64,000 nt of DNA, from positions 11,207 to 75,206 of the IMG/VR virus record IMGVR_UViG_3300021961_000063; one strand, given 5' to 3'. Below, one piece after another: positions 49,390-58,239 of the stretch. Each line of letters begins with the position of its first letter. Position 1 is the stretch's first letter. This DNA is from a virus. Made by a program: the position numbers and the translations under genes. The notes below the pieces were generated by a model. The model worked only from the letters and a program-made list of their open reading frames with translations, was not told the DNA's origin and made no database searches.

Positions 49390-49790
49390 TATGGGAGAGA
49401 CATCACGATACACTAGAAGTAGAAGACAACAGAAAAAGTTTTCTAAGAGAATTAAACAAAATAACGAAGTTTTAAATAAAGCAAAAATTTATGAGCAAAA
49501 ACAGCAACATGCAACGACTAGCCCAACTGAAGATTTGGCTTGAGGACATGAAGAAAAACAACAGGTACCGCAGTCAGCAGAAGAAACAACCTAAATGGCT
49601 TGTTCAAGTACTCAAGGATCTAGACGATGAAGATTAATGGAGGGGCTTTAGAGTTTTTCCAAAGCTTACCCGACGACATACTAATAAAAATTGCTATGTA
49701 TGATTGGGAAGCACTAGAACGTTTATGTGTAGCTCTTACTTTGGATATTCAAATGCTAAGAGAAGAATATGAAAAAGAAGAAAAGAGAGA

Positions 49791-49841
49791 TTTGGCTTCC
49801 TGAATCTCTCTTCTTATATTCACGTCATAATAAAGGTTATG
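49791..49841 (+). promoter_or_regulatory. Early-type promoter cassette
   Basis: TTTGGCTTCCTGA..N..TATATTCACGTCATAATAAAGGTTATG. Confidence 0.8.
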
Positions 49842-50294
49842 GCATTACACGAAGTAATAGAAAAACACGAAGTAACTATTTTAGGTCAACAGATCAAGTA
49901 TACAAATAAGTATATTACTTATACTGAGGGTACAATCCGTAGTTATAAACCAACACCAAGTCTATATAGTTGTTCAGGTCGTTTGTTCAAGTATGATTAT
50001 GAACATCAATTTGCTCCAACATTAGTTGTATTGAGTGGTCAAAAATACATTGTACCCACTTATCAAAAGGTACATAGTAAAACCGAATTAAGTGATATTA
50101 ATTGGATTAAACCTCAAGTTAAAGCACCAGTTGTTGAAAAAAATGAGTGGTTGTTCGAATCAAGTAGTGATCCAGGACATTTTTATAGAGTTAGACAATC
50201 AGGAACAAAATATACCTGTAATTGTCCAGGAGTATGGCGCTCAAAAGATCGTCGTTGTAAGCACATCAAACAAGTAGAAAATGATAACAAGTAA
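49839..50294 (+). CDS. SWIM zinc-finger protein
   Basis: Y.V......YTCNCPG......CKHI. Confidence 0.75.
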   Translation: MALHEVIEKHEVTILGQQIKYTNKYITYTEGTIRSYKPTPSLYSCSGRLFKYDYEHQFAPTLVVLSGQKYIVPTYQKVHSKTELSDINWIKPQVKAPVVEKNEWLFESSSDPGHFYRVRQSGTKYTCNCPGVWRSKDRRCKHIKQVENDNK

Positions 50295-50496
50295 AAAACC
50301 ATCAAACAAAATCGAAATCGATTTAGAAGGCCCTCAAGGTAATGCCTTTGTATTATTGGGTATTGCTAGAGATTTGTGCCGTAAATTAGATTTAGATTGG
50401 GATTCTATTCATTCAGAAATGACAAGTAGTGATTATGAGAATTTAGTTCAAGTAATGGACCACTATTTTGGAGATTTTGTTATAATGTACCGATAA
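50281..50496 (+). CDS. Hypothetical protein
   Basis: IDL.GPQGNAFVLLG...M.S.DY. Confidence 0.65.
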   Translation: MITSKKPSNKIEIDLEGPQGNAFVLLGIARDLCRKLDLDWDSIHSEMTSSDYENLVQVMDHYFGDFVIMYR

Positions 50497-50912
50497 TGGC
50501 AGAACGAGGTAGACCCAAAGAAACAGCACCAGTTCAACTTGATAAGTGGACTAGAGAAATATATCAAATACCTGCTAAACCCGAGTTGGGTTGGAAAATG
50601 GTATGGCATTATGATAATAACAAAAGTGTAAATGGTCCTTTTAAAACAGAAATAACTTATCCTAAAGATCAAAAACATAATAAAGTTAAAGCCGATAAAG
50701 GTAAAGCATACAATGGACAACCTGTAGTAATGGTATTCAAAACATCAGAACGTTCAAATGCTAAAACTAAAATGAAAGTATGGAATAATGAAAACATTGA
50801 TTATATTATTTCAGCGAAAACATTACCTGGTGTTCCTGATAATGCTATTATTATGGAATGTGGGGTAGGTGAAAGTTTTATTAATACTTGGAAACTAAAA
50901 TACTCTTTATAA
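50496..50912 (+). CDS. Hypothetical protein with N-terminal RGRP (AT-hook-like)
   Basis: ERGRPK. Confidence 0.6.
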   Translation: MAERGRPKETAPVQLDKWTREIYQIPAKPELGWKMVWHYDNNKSVNGPFKTEITYPKDQKHNKVKADKGKAYNGQPVVMVFKTSERSNAKTKMKVWNNENIDYIISAKTLPGVPDNAIIMECGVGESFINTWKLKYSL

Positions 50913-50931
50913 TATTTATAACAAAATAACT

Positions 50932-51615
50932 ATGGGAACTCGCGCATTAATCGGTTACTTAGATACCTCTGCTAAACCAATGACCTTAACCTCAACTTAC
51001 AACCATGCTGATGGTTATCCTTCAAACTTGGGCAAAGGTTTAAGAAATTTTTACAACGATGACGAAAGAGCAAAAGAAATTGCTAATGTAGGATATATTT
51101 CCTACTTAGATCCAGCAACGGGTGAATGGGAGGCTGCAAATAAAGAACAAGCTAGAGTTATTAGATTAGATAATGACTTTATAGAAGCCATGATTCAAAT
51201 TGCTTCTGAAATTGACTATAGGGGAGCTAATTATGGTTACATTTGGTGTCCTAGTGATGATAAATGGCATATGATTGAAAATAGAGAGGGAATAGCTGAA
51301 ATGATTCCACAATTGGAAGAAGAATTCGAACATTTAAATCAATCAGAAGTAGATGAAGCTTACCATATTGGTGATAATAAAGAATTAATTCAAAAAGAAA
51401 TGGAAAATAAAGAAAAAATTAAAGAAGGTGAGGACCAAGTTAGTTACTTAGCAACTGCCTTGTACGATGTTTGGAACAAAGGTTCACGCAAGGTACCCGT
51501 AAACTTCGAAGATTTAGCTCAATCACTTGTTAATGGTATGTTTAGTGATAAAGCTGAAAATTTAGATGAAGCATTCATCAACCGAATGAAATACAAAGCC
51601 GGTATTATTAAATAA
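50932..51615 (+). CDS. Hypothetical late protein
   Basis: MGTRA.IG..YNH.DGYP..LG..L; C-terminal RMKYKAGIIK. Confidence 0.65.
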   Translation: MGTRALIGYLDTSAKPMTLTSTYNHADGYPSNLGKGLRNFYNDDERAKEIANVGYISYLDPATGEWEAANKEQARVIRLDNDFIEAMIQIASEIDYRGANYGYIWCPSDDKWHMIENREGIAEMIPQLEEEFEHLNQSEVDEAYHIGDNKELIQKEMENKEKIKEGEDQVSYLATALYDVWNKGSRKVPVNFEDLAQSLVNGMFSDKAENLDEAFINRMKYKAGIIK

Positions 51616-51622
51616 AAACGTT

Positions 51623-52291
51623 TTGGGAAAATTTGACCTAAAAAAATACCTTGTCGAGAATAAACTTACTCGAATTTCTAGATTACTAGAAGAGGCTTTT
51701 GTATCCGCAAAAGGAGACATAGGTGGTTTAGATAATCCCCTTACAACAAACAACGCTGAGTTTGATGAGAGTTTAGATTCATTAATTGAACTTACTCAAA
51801 AACTTACTCAAACAAAAGATTTAGCATCTACATTAAATTACTTACTTAAGTTTGGTTGGTCAATACTAGTAGATATCCAAAATGATAAACTAGATGATGA
51901 TGCTTATACTAATCTTTATGTTGAAACTGCTCAACTACTTAATAGTGGTGATTTAAGAAAAAGTATAGAAAAATTTAGAGACCATTTAACTAAGCTCGAA
52001 ACACTTTATACCGGATCAGACATAGATCAGGAAATTGATCTCCCAACTCAAGATAAATGGGGATTAAGAGACTATGTTAAAGACATAAACACAGGTAATC
52101 CAAACTCAGGCAACAAACGTTTTGCTTTAAGAACAGCCCAACAAGTCCAAAGAGAATTAGATATTCTAAACGGCAAAATTGAAGGTCAAAGATACTATCC
52201 TGGATACAGCAAAGAAGAAATTGAAGAGTTTAACAGAGCAATCCAATTAATTAAAAACGAATACTTAGCTTTATCGGCTGCTGAAAATTAA
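51623..52291 (+). CDS. Hypothetical (possible internal head) protein
   Basis: N-terminal FDLKKYLVENKL; TTG start. Confidence 0.6.
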   Translation: MGKFDLKKYLVENKLTRISRLLEEAFVSAKGDIGGLDNPLTTNNAEFDESLDSLIELTQKLTQTKDLASTLNYLLKFGWSILVDIQNDKLDDDAYTNLYVETAQLLNSGDLRKSIEKFRDHLTKLETLYTGSDIDQEIDLPTQDKWGLRDYVKDINTGNPNSGNKRFALRTAQQVQRELDILNGKIEGQRYYPGYSKEEIEEFNRAIQLIKNEYLALSAAEN

Positions 52292-52313
52292 AAACCTACC
52301 TTGTCAAGATATC

Positions 52314-52332
52314 ATTTGGAATTATTCTAAAT
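52314..52332. promoter_or_regulatory. Second Fur-box-like palindrome ATTTGGAATtATTCTAAAT
   Basis: One arm mismatch to the 17168 palindrome; followed by GAAA as at 17187. Confidence 0.45.
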
Positions 52333-52341
52333 GAAAGAAAG

Positions 52342-52365
52342 GAGTGGCTTTGCCACTCTTTTTTT
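52342..52365 (+). terminator. Intrinsic terminator
   Basis: GAGTGGC-ttt-GCCACTC followed by T-run. Confidence 0.85.
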
Positions 52366-52381
52366 GTATATTTATGACATA

Positions 52382-52519
52382 ATGAAAGAGCAAGATAAAT
52401 TTAGTGGTTTAAGTAAAGGTCAAGTGAAACAAATCATTCGACGTAATATGATTACTAAAGTAAAACCTAGTAAAAAGGTTTACTCTCGCAAAAACTTAAA
52501 AAAAGATTTGGCTTCCTGA
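52382..52519 (+). CDS. Small basic protein
   Basis: ATG after ATATTTAT; RRNM.TK.KPSKK.YSRK. Confidence 0.55.
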   Translation: MKEQDKFSGLSKGQVKQIIRRNMITKVKPSKKVYSRKNLKKDLAS

Positions 52520-52557
52520 GGGATTGTTCGTATATTCACGGCATAATAAAGGTTATG
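52507..52557 (+). promoter_or_regulatory. Early-type promoter cassette
   Basis: TTTGGCTTCCTGAG..GTTCGTATATTCACGGCATAATAAAGGTTATG. Confidence 0.8.
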
Positions 52558-52872
52558 AAAGAAAATAAAGAAATATTCCAAGAATTGTTCAATGTGTTAG
52601 AATCAAATAACATCGATATTGAACGTGATTGTGATTTTACTGATGGTAAGTTTGTTACTATCGATTCTCCCAATGTTAGATCAGGTTGCTATAATGGTGT
52701 TGAAGGTTTTTATTTCAACAAATCCGATTATGGTTTCTTTGATGTTGAATTTGTCAAGTCATTGTTCCCTATGAACCTTCAAGGTAAAGAAATTGAATTG
52801 GTCGACGTTTCCGATATGGAAGTAGATGACGATCGTATGTGGAAATCAAGTATTAGTTTTATTATTAAATAA
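52555..52872 (+). CDS. Acidic hypothetical early protein
   Basis: 105 aa after promoter. Confidence 0.65.
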   Translation: MKENKEIFQELFNVLESNNIDIERDCDFTDGKFVTIDSPNVRSGCYNGVEGFYFNKSDYGFFDVEFVKSLFPMNLQGKEIELVDVSDMEVDDDRMWKSSISFIIK

Positions 52873-53123
52873 GTTATGTTAGCACTCGCATTAATTATTA
52901 TTATTTTATTTTTGTACCAAATCAACGAAAAACTCAAAAAATAAGTTATGAAAAACAATTTGCTCACTGAAGACGAAAAGAACATGATTTCAAACATGTT
53001 AGACAAACTAGATCTAGAAAACAACATTGATAAAACAGACGAACTCTATGATTATTTTGTTGAATATTTTGAAAACCTAGAATGTGTTATTAACAGATAT
53101 TCAGCAGAATAAAAATAAAAGTT

Positions 53124-53351
53124 ATGAAAAAAACAAATGTTATTACCCCAATGTGGCAAAACTGCCAATCAATTCTTAAATCTGGTGATTTAGAACTTGC
53201 CGATAATGAATTGATGAAATTGATTTATAAACTAGCCGATTACACAATCAATGGCTACAAAGATGCCGACAAAATTGAAGGTGTAAAGCTCGAAACGTGG
53301 AAAGAGCGAGTATGGTTTGCTATTGAAAATGCTGGTTTGTTGCCCGAATAA
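53124..53351 (+). CDS. Hypothetical early protein
   Basis: AAGTTATG start, 75 aa. Confidence 0.6.
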   Translation: MKKTNVITPMWQNCQSILKSGDLELADNELMKLIYKLADYTINGYKDADKIEGVKLETWKERVWFAIENAGLLPE

Positions 53352-53488
53352 GTTATGACTGCTGAAGAAAAACAAAAACTATACGAGGAATTGTCTTATA
53401 TTCTAGAGTTGTTGGATAGTGGTGATTTTAATCTAGCATCTATGACTATAGAGGATCTAATTAATCAAATTAAAGACGGAGAAATATA

Positions 53489-53782
53489 ATGGGAGAAAAA
53501 CGAGGTCAAACCGAAAAACTAAAGTATGATTTTAACACTGCTCGTGCTGTATATTTTAAAAGAGGTGAAAAATACTCGAGGGTAACAGAACGCGATTTTA
53601 GATCATTTAATGGTAAGCGTTTTATTTTAATTGATGGTGAATACAAACCATATGAAGGTCCTATTTACTATTGGAATACAAACAAACTATGTAAAGAACC
53701 TGTTGGTGTGGATCAAATTCAATATGCTCATGACATGCCTTGGAAGTCAATGGTACGTCCACATGAAAGTCACTTGCTTTAG
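53489..53782 (+). CDS. Hypothetical protein
   Basis: RVT.R.FRSFNG.R motif. Confidence 0.6.
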   Translation: MGEKRGQTEKLKYDFNTARAVYFKRGEKYSRVTERDFRSFNGKRFILIDGEYKPYEGPIYYWNTNKLCKEPVGVDQIQYAHDMPWKSMVRPHESHLL

Positions 53783-54040
53783 GGATATGTATTAACATGA
53801 GCAACGAAGAGTTATTAGAAGAAATTTATTACAAAGCAGCCCAAAAGGGGTTTTTCAACGAGTTACACGATTTAGTAGATAAAATGAAAGTGGAAACACC
53901 AAATAAAAACATTGTAGATATAGTTCAAATAGCCTACAAAAAATTGAAGCTTTCTCAACTATCCCGCACCCTTTAATCCGTATATACACCTTAACGTGTC
54001 CCCCCAAAAGAAAATACATATATTAAATCAAATTAAAGTT

Positions 54041-54400
54041 ATGAATACATTTACTTACAATCTAAGTGAAACAGAATTTTTAGTGTTCCACACCACCCAA
54101 TCCAACTTTGAGTTGTATAGTGGACACGATGGTTCAACTGACCGAACCAAAATTGCTACGTACCAAACTGGCAAGTGGAAATTCGATGATTTTCAGCAGA
54201 AAAAGTTGTTCTGGTTTTTATTCGGAATTTATAAGCAAGAGTTTGGAAAAGCTTTAAAAGCGTATATGCGTTCGTTGAGAGAAAAACCATCAATGTATGA
54301 GTTCAGTTGTGTGACTAGGAGAATCAATATTAAGGTTACTAGGATGAAACGAGGCTGGGAAAATTGGTTTTATGGCTTTTTTTGGCAAAACAGAAAATGA
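54041..54400 (+). CDS. Hypothetical protein
   Basis: Start reassigned to AAGTTATG at 54041. Confidence 0.55.
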   Translation: MNTFTYNLSETEFLVFHTTQSNFELYSGHDGSTDRTKIATYQTGKWKFDDFQQKKLFWFLFGIYKQEFGKALKAYMRSLREKPSMYEFSCVTRRINIKVTRMKRGWENWFYGFFWQNRK

Positions 54401-54645
54401 TAGATTGGTTTATATTCATTGGGGTTTTGTTTGGTGGGTTTGTTGGAGCTAGGCATATGTGGCTTTTGTTAAACAATCCAGATACAAAAATCAACGAGTC
54501 GAACATCAGATTGGCTTTTTGGGGAACTATACTCGGTTTAGTTTCGTTGTGGGTTCATGGTGTTTGGGGAGTGTTGGCTAGTTATTTAATGGGATTGTGC
54601 TTCGGATTAATCGGAGTAAATTATATGTTTGAAAAAAGAAAATGA
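54397..54645 (+). CDS. Small multi-pass membrane protein
   Basis: Three hydrophobic segments; ATGA overlaps. Confidence 0.6.
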   Translation: MIDWFIFIGVLFGGFVGARHMWLLLNNPDTKINESNIRLAFWGTILGLVSLWVHGVWGVLASYLMGLCFGLIGVNYMFEKRK

Positions 54646-55019
54646 AAAAATTGTTATTTGGATTGGTTTTTATGTTGGCAAGTAGTTTGTCAGCCCAATC
54701 GTATTTGAGAGCCGAAACCTTTACTATGGGGATTAGGTCAAATGAGTATTCTCCTATTCAATGGGGTGAAAGTAATGCATGTTCAATTTTGGTTGAGCTT
54801 TATGAGACTAAAGTTGTTATTAACAGTAAAGTAACACAAACGTATTATGTGGTTAATCAAGCATATAACGGAAATGGTATCGTATCTTGGATGTGTAAAG
54901 ATGCTAATGGTGTTATGTGTAAATTTGTTATGATGAATATGGTTGAATACCCTGGGTATTTGGTTTGCCAAGTAGAGTATAATGATGCTCTTTGGTTTTA
55001 CGTTTGTACAAAAGAATAA
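54642..55019 (+). CDS. Secreted protein (SPI signal, +1 Gln)
   Basis: MKKLLFGLVFMLASSLSA/Q. Confidence 0.7.
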   Translation: MKKLLFGLVFMLASSLSAQSYLRAETFTMGIRSNEYSPIQWGESNACSILVELYETKVVINSKVTQTYYVVNQAYNGNGIVSWMCKDANGVMCKFVMMNMVEYPGYLVCQVEYNDALWFYVCTKE

Positions 55020-55112
55020 TATGAACATTATACAGGTAATAATTTTTGGGTTATTTGTGGTAGCTACAGGGTATGCTATTTACACCTTTTTAAAAGAATT
55101 AAGAGACAATAA

Positions 55113-55976
55113 ATGAAAAAATTAATTTTAGGTTTAGTTGCGTTTATGGTTGCGATGTCTGCCAACGCACAATGTGATTGGAGTGGAGTAAAGGTAAAAC
55201 AACAAACCTTCCGCAACTATTACAAGTTTTATGCTGATGGATTAGATTCAGACAGCTGCACTGATTTCTTTTGGTTGTTTAGTTACAAAAACGCTAAAGG
55301 ACAAATTATTACTGACACTTTTGGGTACAGTCAAAATATTGTTGACTTTTATTTGAATTTGAAAGGTACTTCTAAATTGCGATTGCACGCTGTCAATCGT
55401 TGTGACAAATGCGACACTACTTGGAGCTGGTATTTAGAGCAAGCAATTTTCTTGAATGCTAACTGGGGTTACGGTGAACGTACTTGTAAAAATTATGTTT
55501 TTGAAGCTAACAAGCTAAGCAATCAAAAAGAAGAATGCGTTCAAATTTACTGGTACATGTACGACTACCAGGGTAATGAAGTCGGTTATGATTCAGGTTA
55601 CCGAATTGAGTTTACATTCCCTTGGGAAGGCCAGTTTGATGTTTACTGCCAGTGGTGGAATCATTGCCTGAATCAAGATACATTCTGGGGTCAAACAATT
55701 GATGTGTATTGTGATTCAACAACAAACAGATTAGTTCCAATTACACCTTCAGCACGTGCAATGGCTCGTCCTAATCCTACTAGCTGTGAATTCTATATTA
55801 CAAACACCAGAGCCGTTTATGAGTATATGATTGTAAATCCAGCAGGTACTATTATTGCCGTTGGTCATACAGACCCATTTGAGGAAGTACGAATTGAGAC
55901 TTGCCTTTGGCCTAATGGAGTTTACTACCTGTTAGTAGAAGGATTGGGTCGAGAACTAATAATGATTCAACACTAA
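55113..55976 (+). CDS. Secreted Cys-rich protein with T9SS type A C-terminal sorting domain
   Basis: Signal peptide ..ANA/QC; two PKD-like Ig repeats; RPNPT...I.NPAG..I......I....WPNGVYYL.V. Confidence 0.7.
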   Translation: MKKLILGLVAFMVAMSANAQCDWSGVKVKQQTFRNYYKFYADGLDSDSCTDFFWLFSYKNAKGQIITDTFGYSQNIVDFYLNLKGTSKLRLHAVNRCDKCDTTWSWYLEQAIFLNANWGYGERTCKNYVFEANKLSNQKEECVQIYWYMYDYQGNEVGYDSGYRIEFTFPWEGQFDVYCQWWNHCLNQDTFWGQTIDVYCDSTTNRLVPITPSARAMARPNPTSCEFYITNTRAVYEYMIVNPAGTIIAVGHTDPFEEVRIETCLWPNGVYYLLVEGLGRELIMIQH

Positions 55977-55978
55977 AA

Positions 55979-56005
55979 GTAATTTCTAAGTAATATTACC
56001 GTAAT
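55979..56005 (+). promoter_or_regulatory. Three GTAAT direct repeats at 11-bp period (PhoB/OmpR-type box)
   Basis: GTAAT at 55979, 55990 and 56001, upstream of TBDR gene. Confidence 0.5.
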
Positions 56006-56049
56006 CGGTTATATGTGTGAGGTCGCTATTTATTAGCGACCTTTCGCAT

Positions 56050-58239
56050 ATGTTATTATTCGTTGCAATTTTAAACCTGTTTCAAACCGATACAAGTAAG
56101 ATAGGAGAGGTTAGCATCTCAGTATCTGCAAAACAAGAGACTATCTCATCCACAATTAATTTTCAAAAGAAGAGCTTAGTAATTCTAGACATCGTTTCTT
56201 CAGAATCAATTAACAAAACACCTGACGCTAATATAAGTGGAGTATTAAAGCGAGTAGGTGGTGCTTCAATCCAAAACGATAAATTTATTGTTGTTAGAGG
56301 ATTAGCAGATAGATACAATTCAGTATCATTAAATGGGGCTTTAATAGGTTCAACTGAACCAGATAAAAAATCATTCTCATTTGATTTAGTTCCATCTAAT
56401 TTAGTTGACAATCTAACAGTCACTAAAACAGCCAGTCCAGAAATTACAGGTGAATTTTCAGGAGGCTTGGTTAACATAGTTACTAAAGTACCAAGCAGAC
56501 AAATAAAACAATTAAGTTTGGGATTAGGGTATGGCAGTTTATCTACATTCAATAACGGATGGAAATTAAACACTGCCTATCTACCAACTGATTTCTTATC
56601 AACAAAACAGTTTAGGAGCTTGCCAACGGACGCAAGACGTGCTGAATCAGATAAAATCAGTTCGGTGTTCAATCCTACTCAAACTTTTAATATACCAAAC
56701 CTATCTCTAAAATATACTTTAGGTGATAGAAAATATATAGCTAACCTAACTGTTAGAAAATCAACCAACATTACAACGAGCCAAAGACAGGATTACATGT
56801 CAGGTAGTGACTTAATGTATCAATACGTTGATATAAACTATAATAACGCATTAAACGTTGGAGGTATCATGAATTTTAAATTAAAATCGTTAGATTTTAA
56901 GAATACCTTTAATTACTTAGGTGAAAATTCAATTGTTGAGCGTAAAGGAATAAATTATGATAACCAGCAGTTAATTACTAGTACTAGTTCAAATCACACT
57001 AATAAATTTATTCTACTATCCCAGCTTAATAATAAAAAATGGGGTATTAACTACAGCCTACTTTATAGAACACAGCCTGACTATAGAATTAACCCGTTTG
57101 CTAAAAATATTGATTCAAAAGGTGACTCTAATTTTATATGGAGAGACTCATATAGATTCTGGAGTAGAATGAATGAAAATATTTTAGGTGGTTATTATAA
57201 TGATACTTTAGGAAAAATCAAGTATGGTTTTTATGAGATGTTTAAATATAGAGGTTTTGGTGCTAGAGTGTTTAGATACGACAATGGGTTCATTTTAAAT
57301 GAAATAACCAATAACACAGACAAATATAATGCTTATTCTAATTTAACATCAGGTTATGCCTCATATTACAACTCAAATGGTAAGTTTAGTTATTTAACAG
57401 GTGTTAGAGTTGAGAACCAATTATTCAGAGTTAATACTTACGACTTTGGAGGAACACCTCAAAACATAAACAGAATTTATTTAGACATTTTACCTTCATT
57501 AAATTTAACTTATGGTAAACTAAATAAAGTAAGAATGTCATTAAGCCAAACAGTTGCTCGTCCTGAATTTAGAGAAGTAAGTAACTTTGCATTTTATGAC
57601 TTTGCTAGGAATGCTCAAATAATAGGCAATCCAAACTTAGTAAGAACTAAAGTATTGAACAGTGATTTAAGGTATGAAATATACCCATCCAAAAATGAAA
57701 TAATTACAGTATCGGCTTTCTACAAATACTTTATTAATCCAATTGAACAAACAGTTGATAACGGTTCAGTACCAAGTAATTTGATATTAACATTATCTAA
57801 TTCACCTAAAGCAACTTTGTACGGAGGTGAAATTGAGGTTAGAAAAAATATAACTAAAGACTTACAATTATATTCTAACTTATCTTATTTCAAATCAACA
57901 GTAATAGCTAGTTCATGGTACAGACCATTACAAGGTCAGTCTCCTTACATTATTAATGCTGGTTTGTTTTATACTAAAGACAAATACTCAATAAATGTAC
58001 TTTACAATCGAATTGGTGAAAGAATAGCTGCAGTTGGGTTTCAAGGTTATCCAGACATTTATGAGAATGCAAGAGACGTTTTGGATATAACAGCTCAATA
58101 TGAAACTAAAAGAACAACAATTAAATTCACACTATCAGATCTATTATCTCAAAATTCTAGATTTTATCAGAAGGGCAGAGATTTGATTACTAATAACAAC
58201 GAGACAAATATAAATTTGACTATAAATTACAAACTATGA
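56050..58239 (+). CDS. TonB-dependent outer-membrane receptor
   Basis: Plug I...PD.N...LKRV.G, VRGL.DRY..LNG, FDLVP..L...V.KT, FSGG.VNI.T; barrel G.RVE, LPSLN, RPEFRE, GNPNL, D.RYE, GQSPY..N; start ATG 56050 (track gives GTG 56017). Confidence 0.9.
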   Translation: MLLFVAILNLFQTDTSKIGEVSISVSAKQETISSTINFQKKSLVILDIVSSESINKTPDANISGVLKRVGGASIQNDKFIVVRGLADRYNSVSLNGALIGSTEPDKKSFSFDLVPSNLVDNLTVTKTASPEITGEFSGGLVNIVTKVPSRQIKQLSLGLGYGSLSTFNNGWKLNTAYLPTDFLSTKQFRSLPTDARRAESDKISSVFNPTQTFNIPNLSLKYTLGDRKYIANLTVRKSTNITTSQRQDYMSGSDLMYQYVDINYNNALNVGGIMNFKLKSLDFKNTFNYLGENSIVERKGINYDNQQLITSTSSNHTNKFILLSQLNNKKWGINYSLLYRTQPDYRINPFAKNIDSKGDSNFIWRDSYRFWSRMNENILGGYYNDTLGKIKYGFYEMFKYRGFGARVFRYDNGFILNEITNNTDKYNAYSNLTSGYASYYNSNGKFSYLTGVRVENQLFRVNTYDFGGTPQNINRIYLDILPSLNLTYGKLNKVRMSLSQTVARPEFREVSNFAFYDFARNAQIIGNPNLVRTKVLNSDLRYEIYPSKNEIITVSAFYKYFINPIEQTVDNGSVPSNLILTLSNSPKATLYGGEIEVRKNITKDLQLYSNLSYFKSTVIASSWYRPLQGQSPYIINAGLFYTKDKYSINVLYNRIGERIAAVGFQGYPDIYENARDVLDITAQYETKRTTIKFTLSDLLSQNSRFYQKGRDLITNNNETNINLTINYKL

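Noticed and set aside
52331-52381. 5' extensions of ORF-track starts (52331; also 7704, 17185, 27257, 53996, 54364, 56017)
   Set aside because: They run through terminators, promoters, hairpins or upstream genes; downstream ATGs have better context
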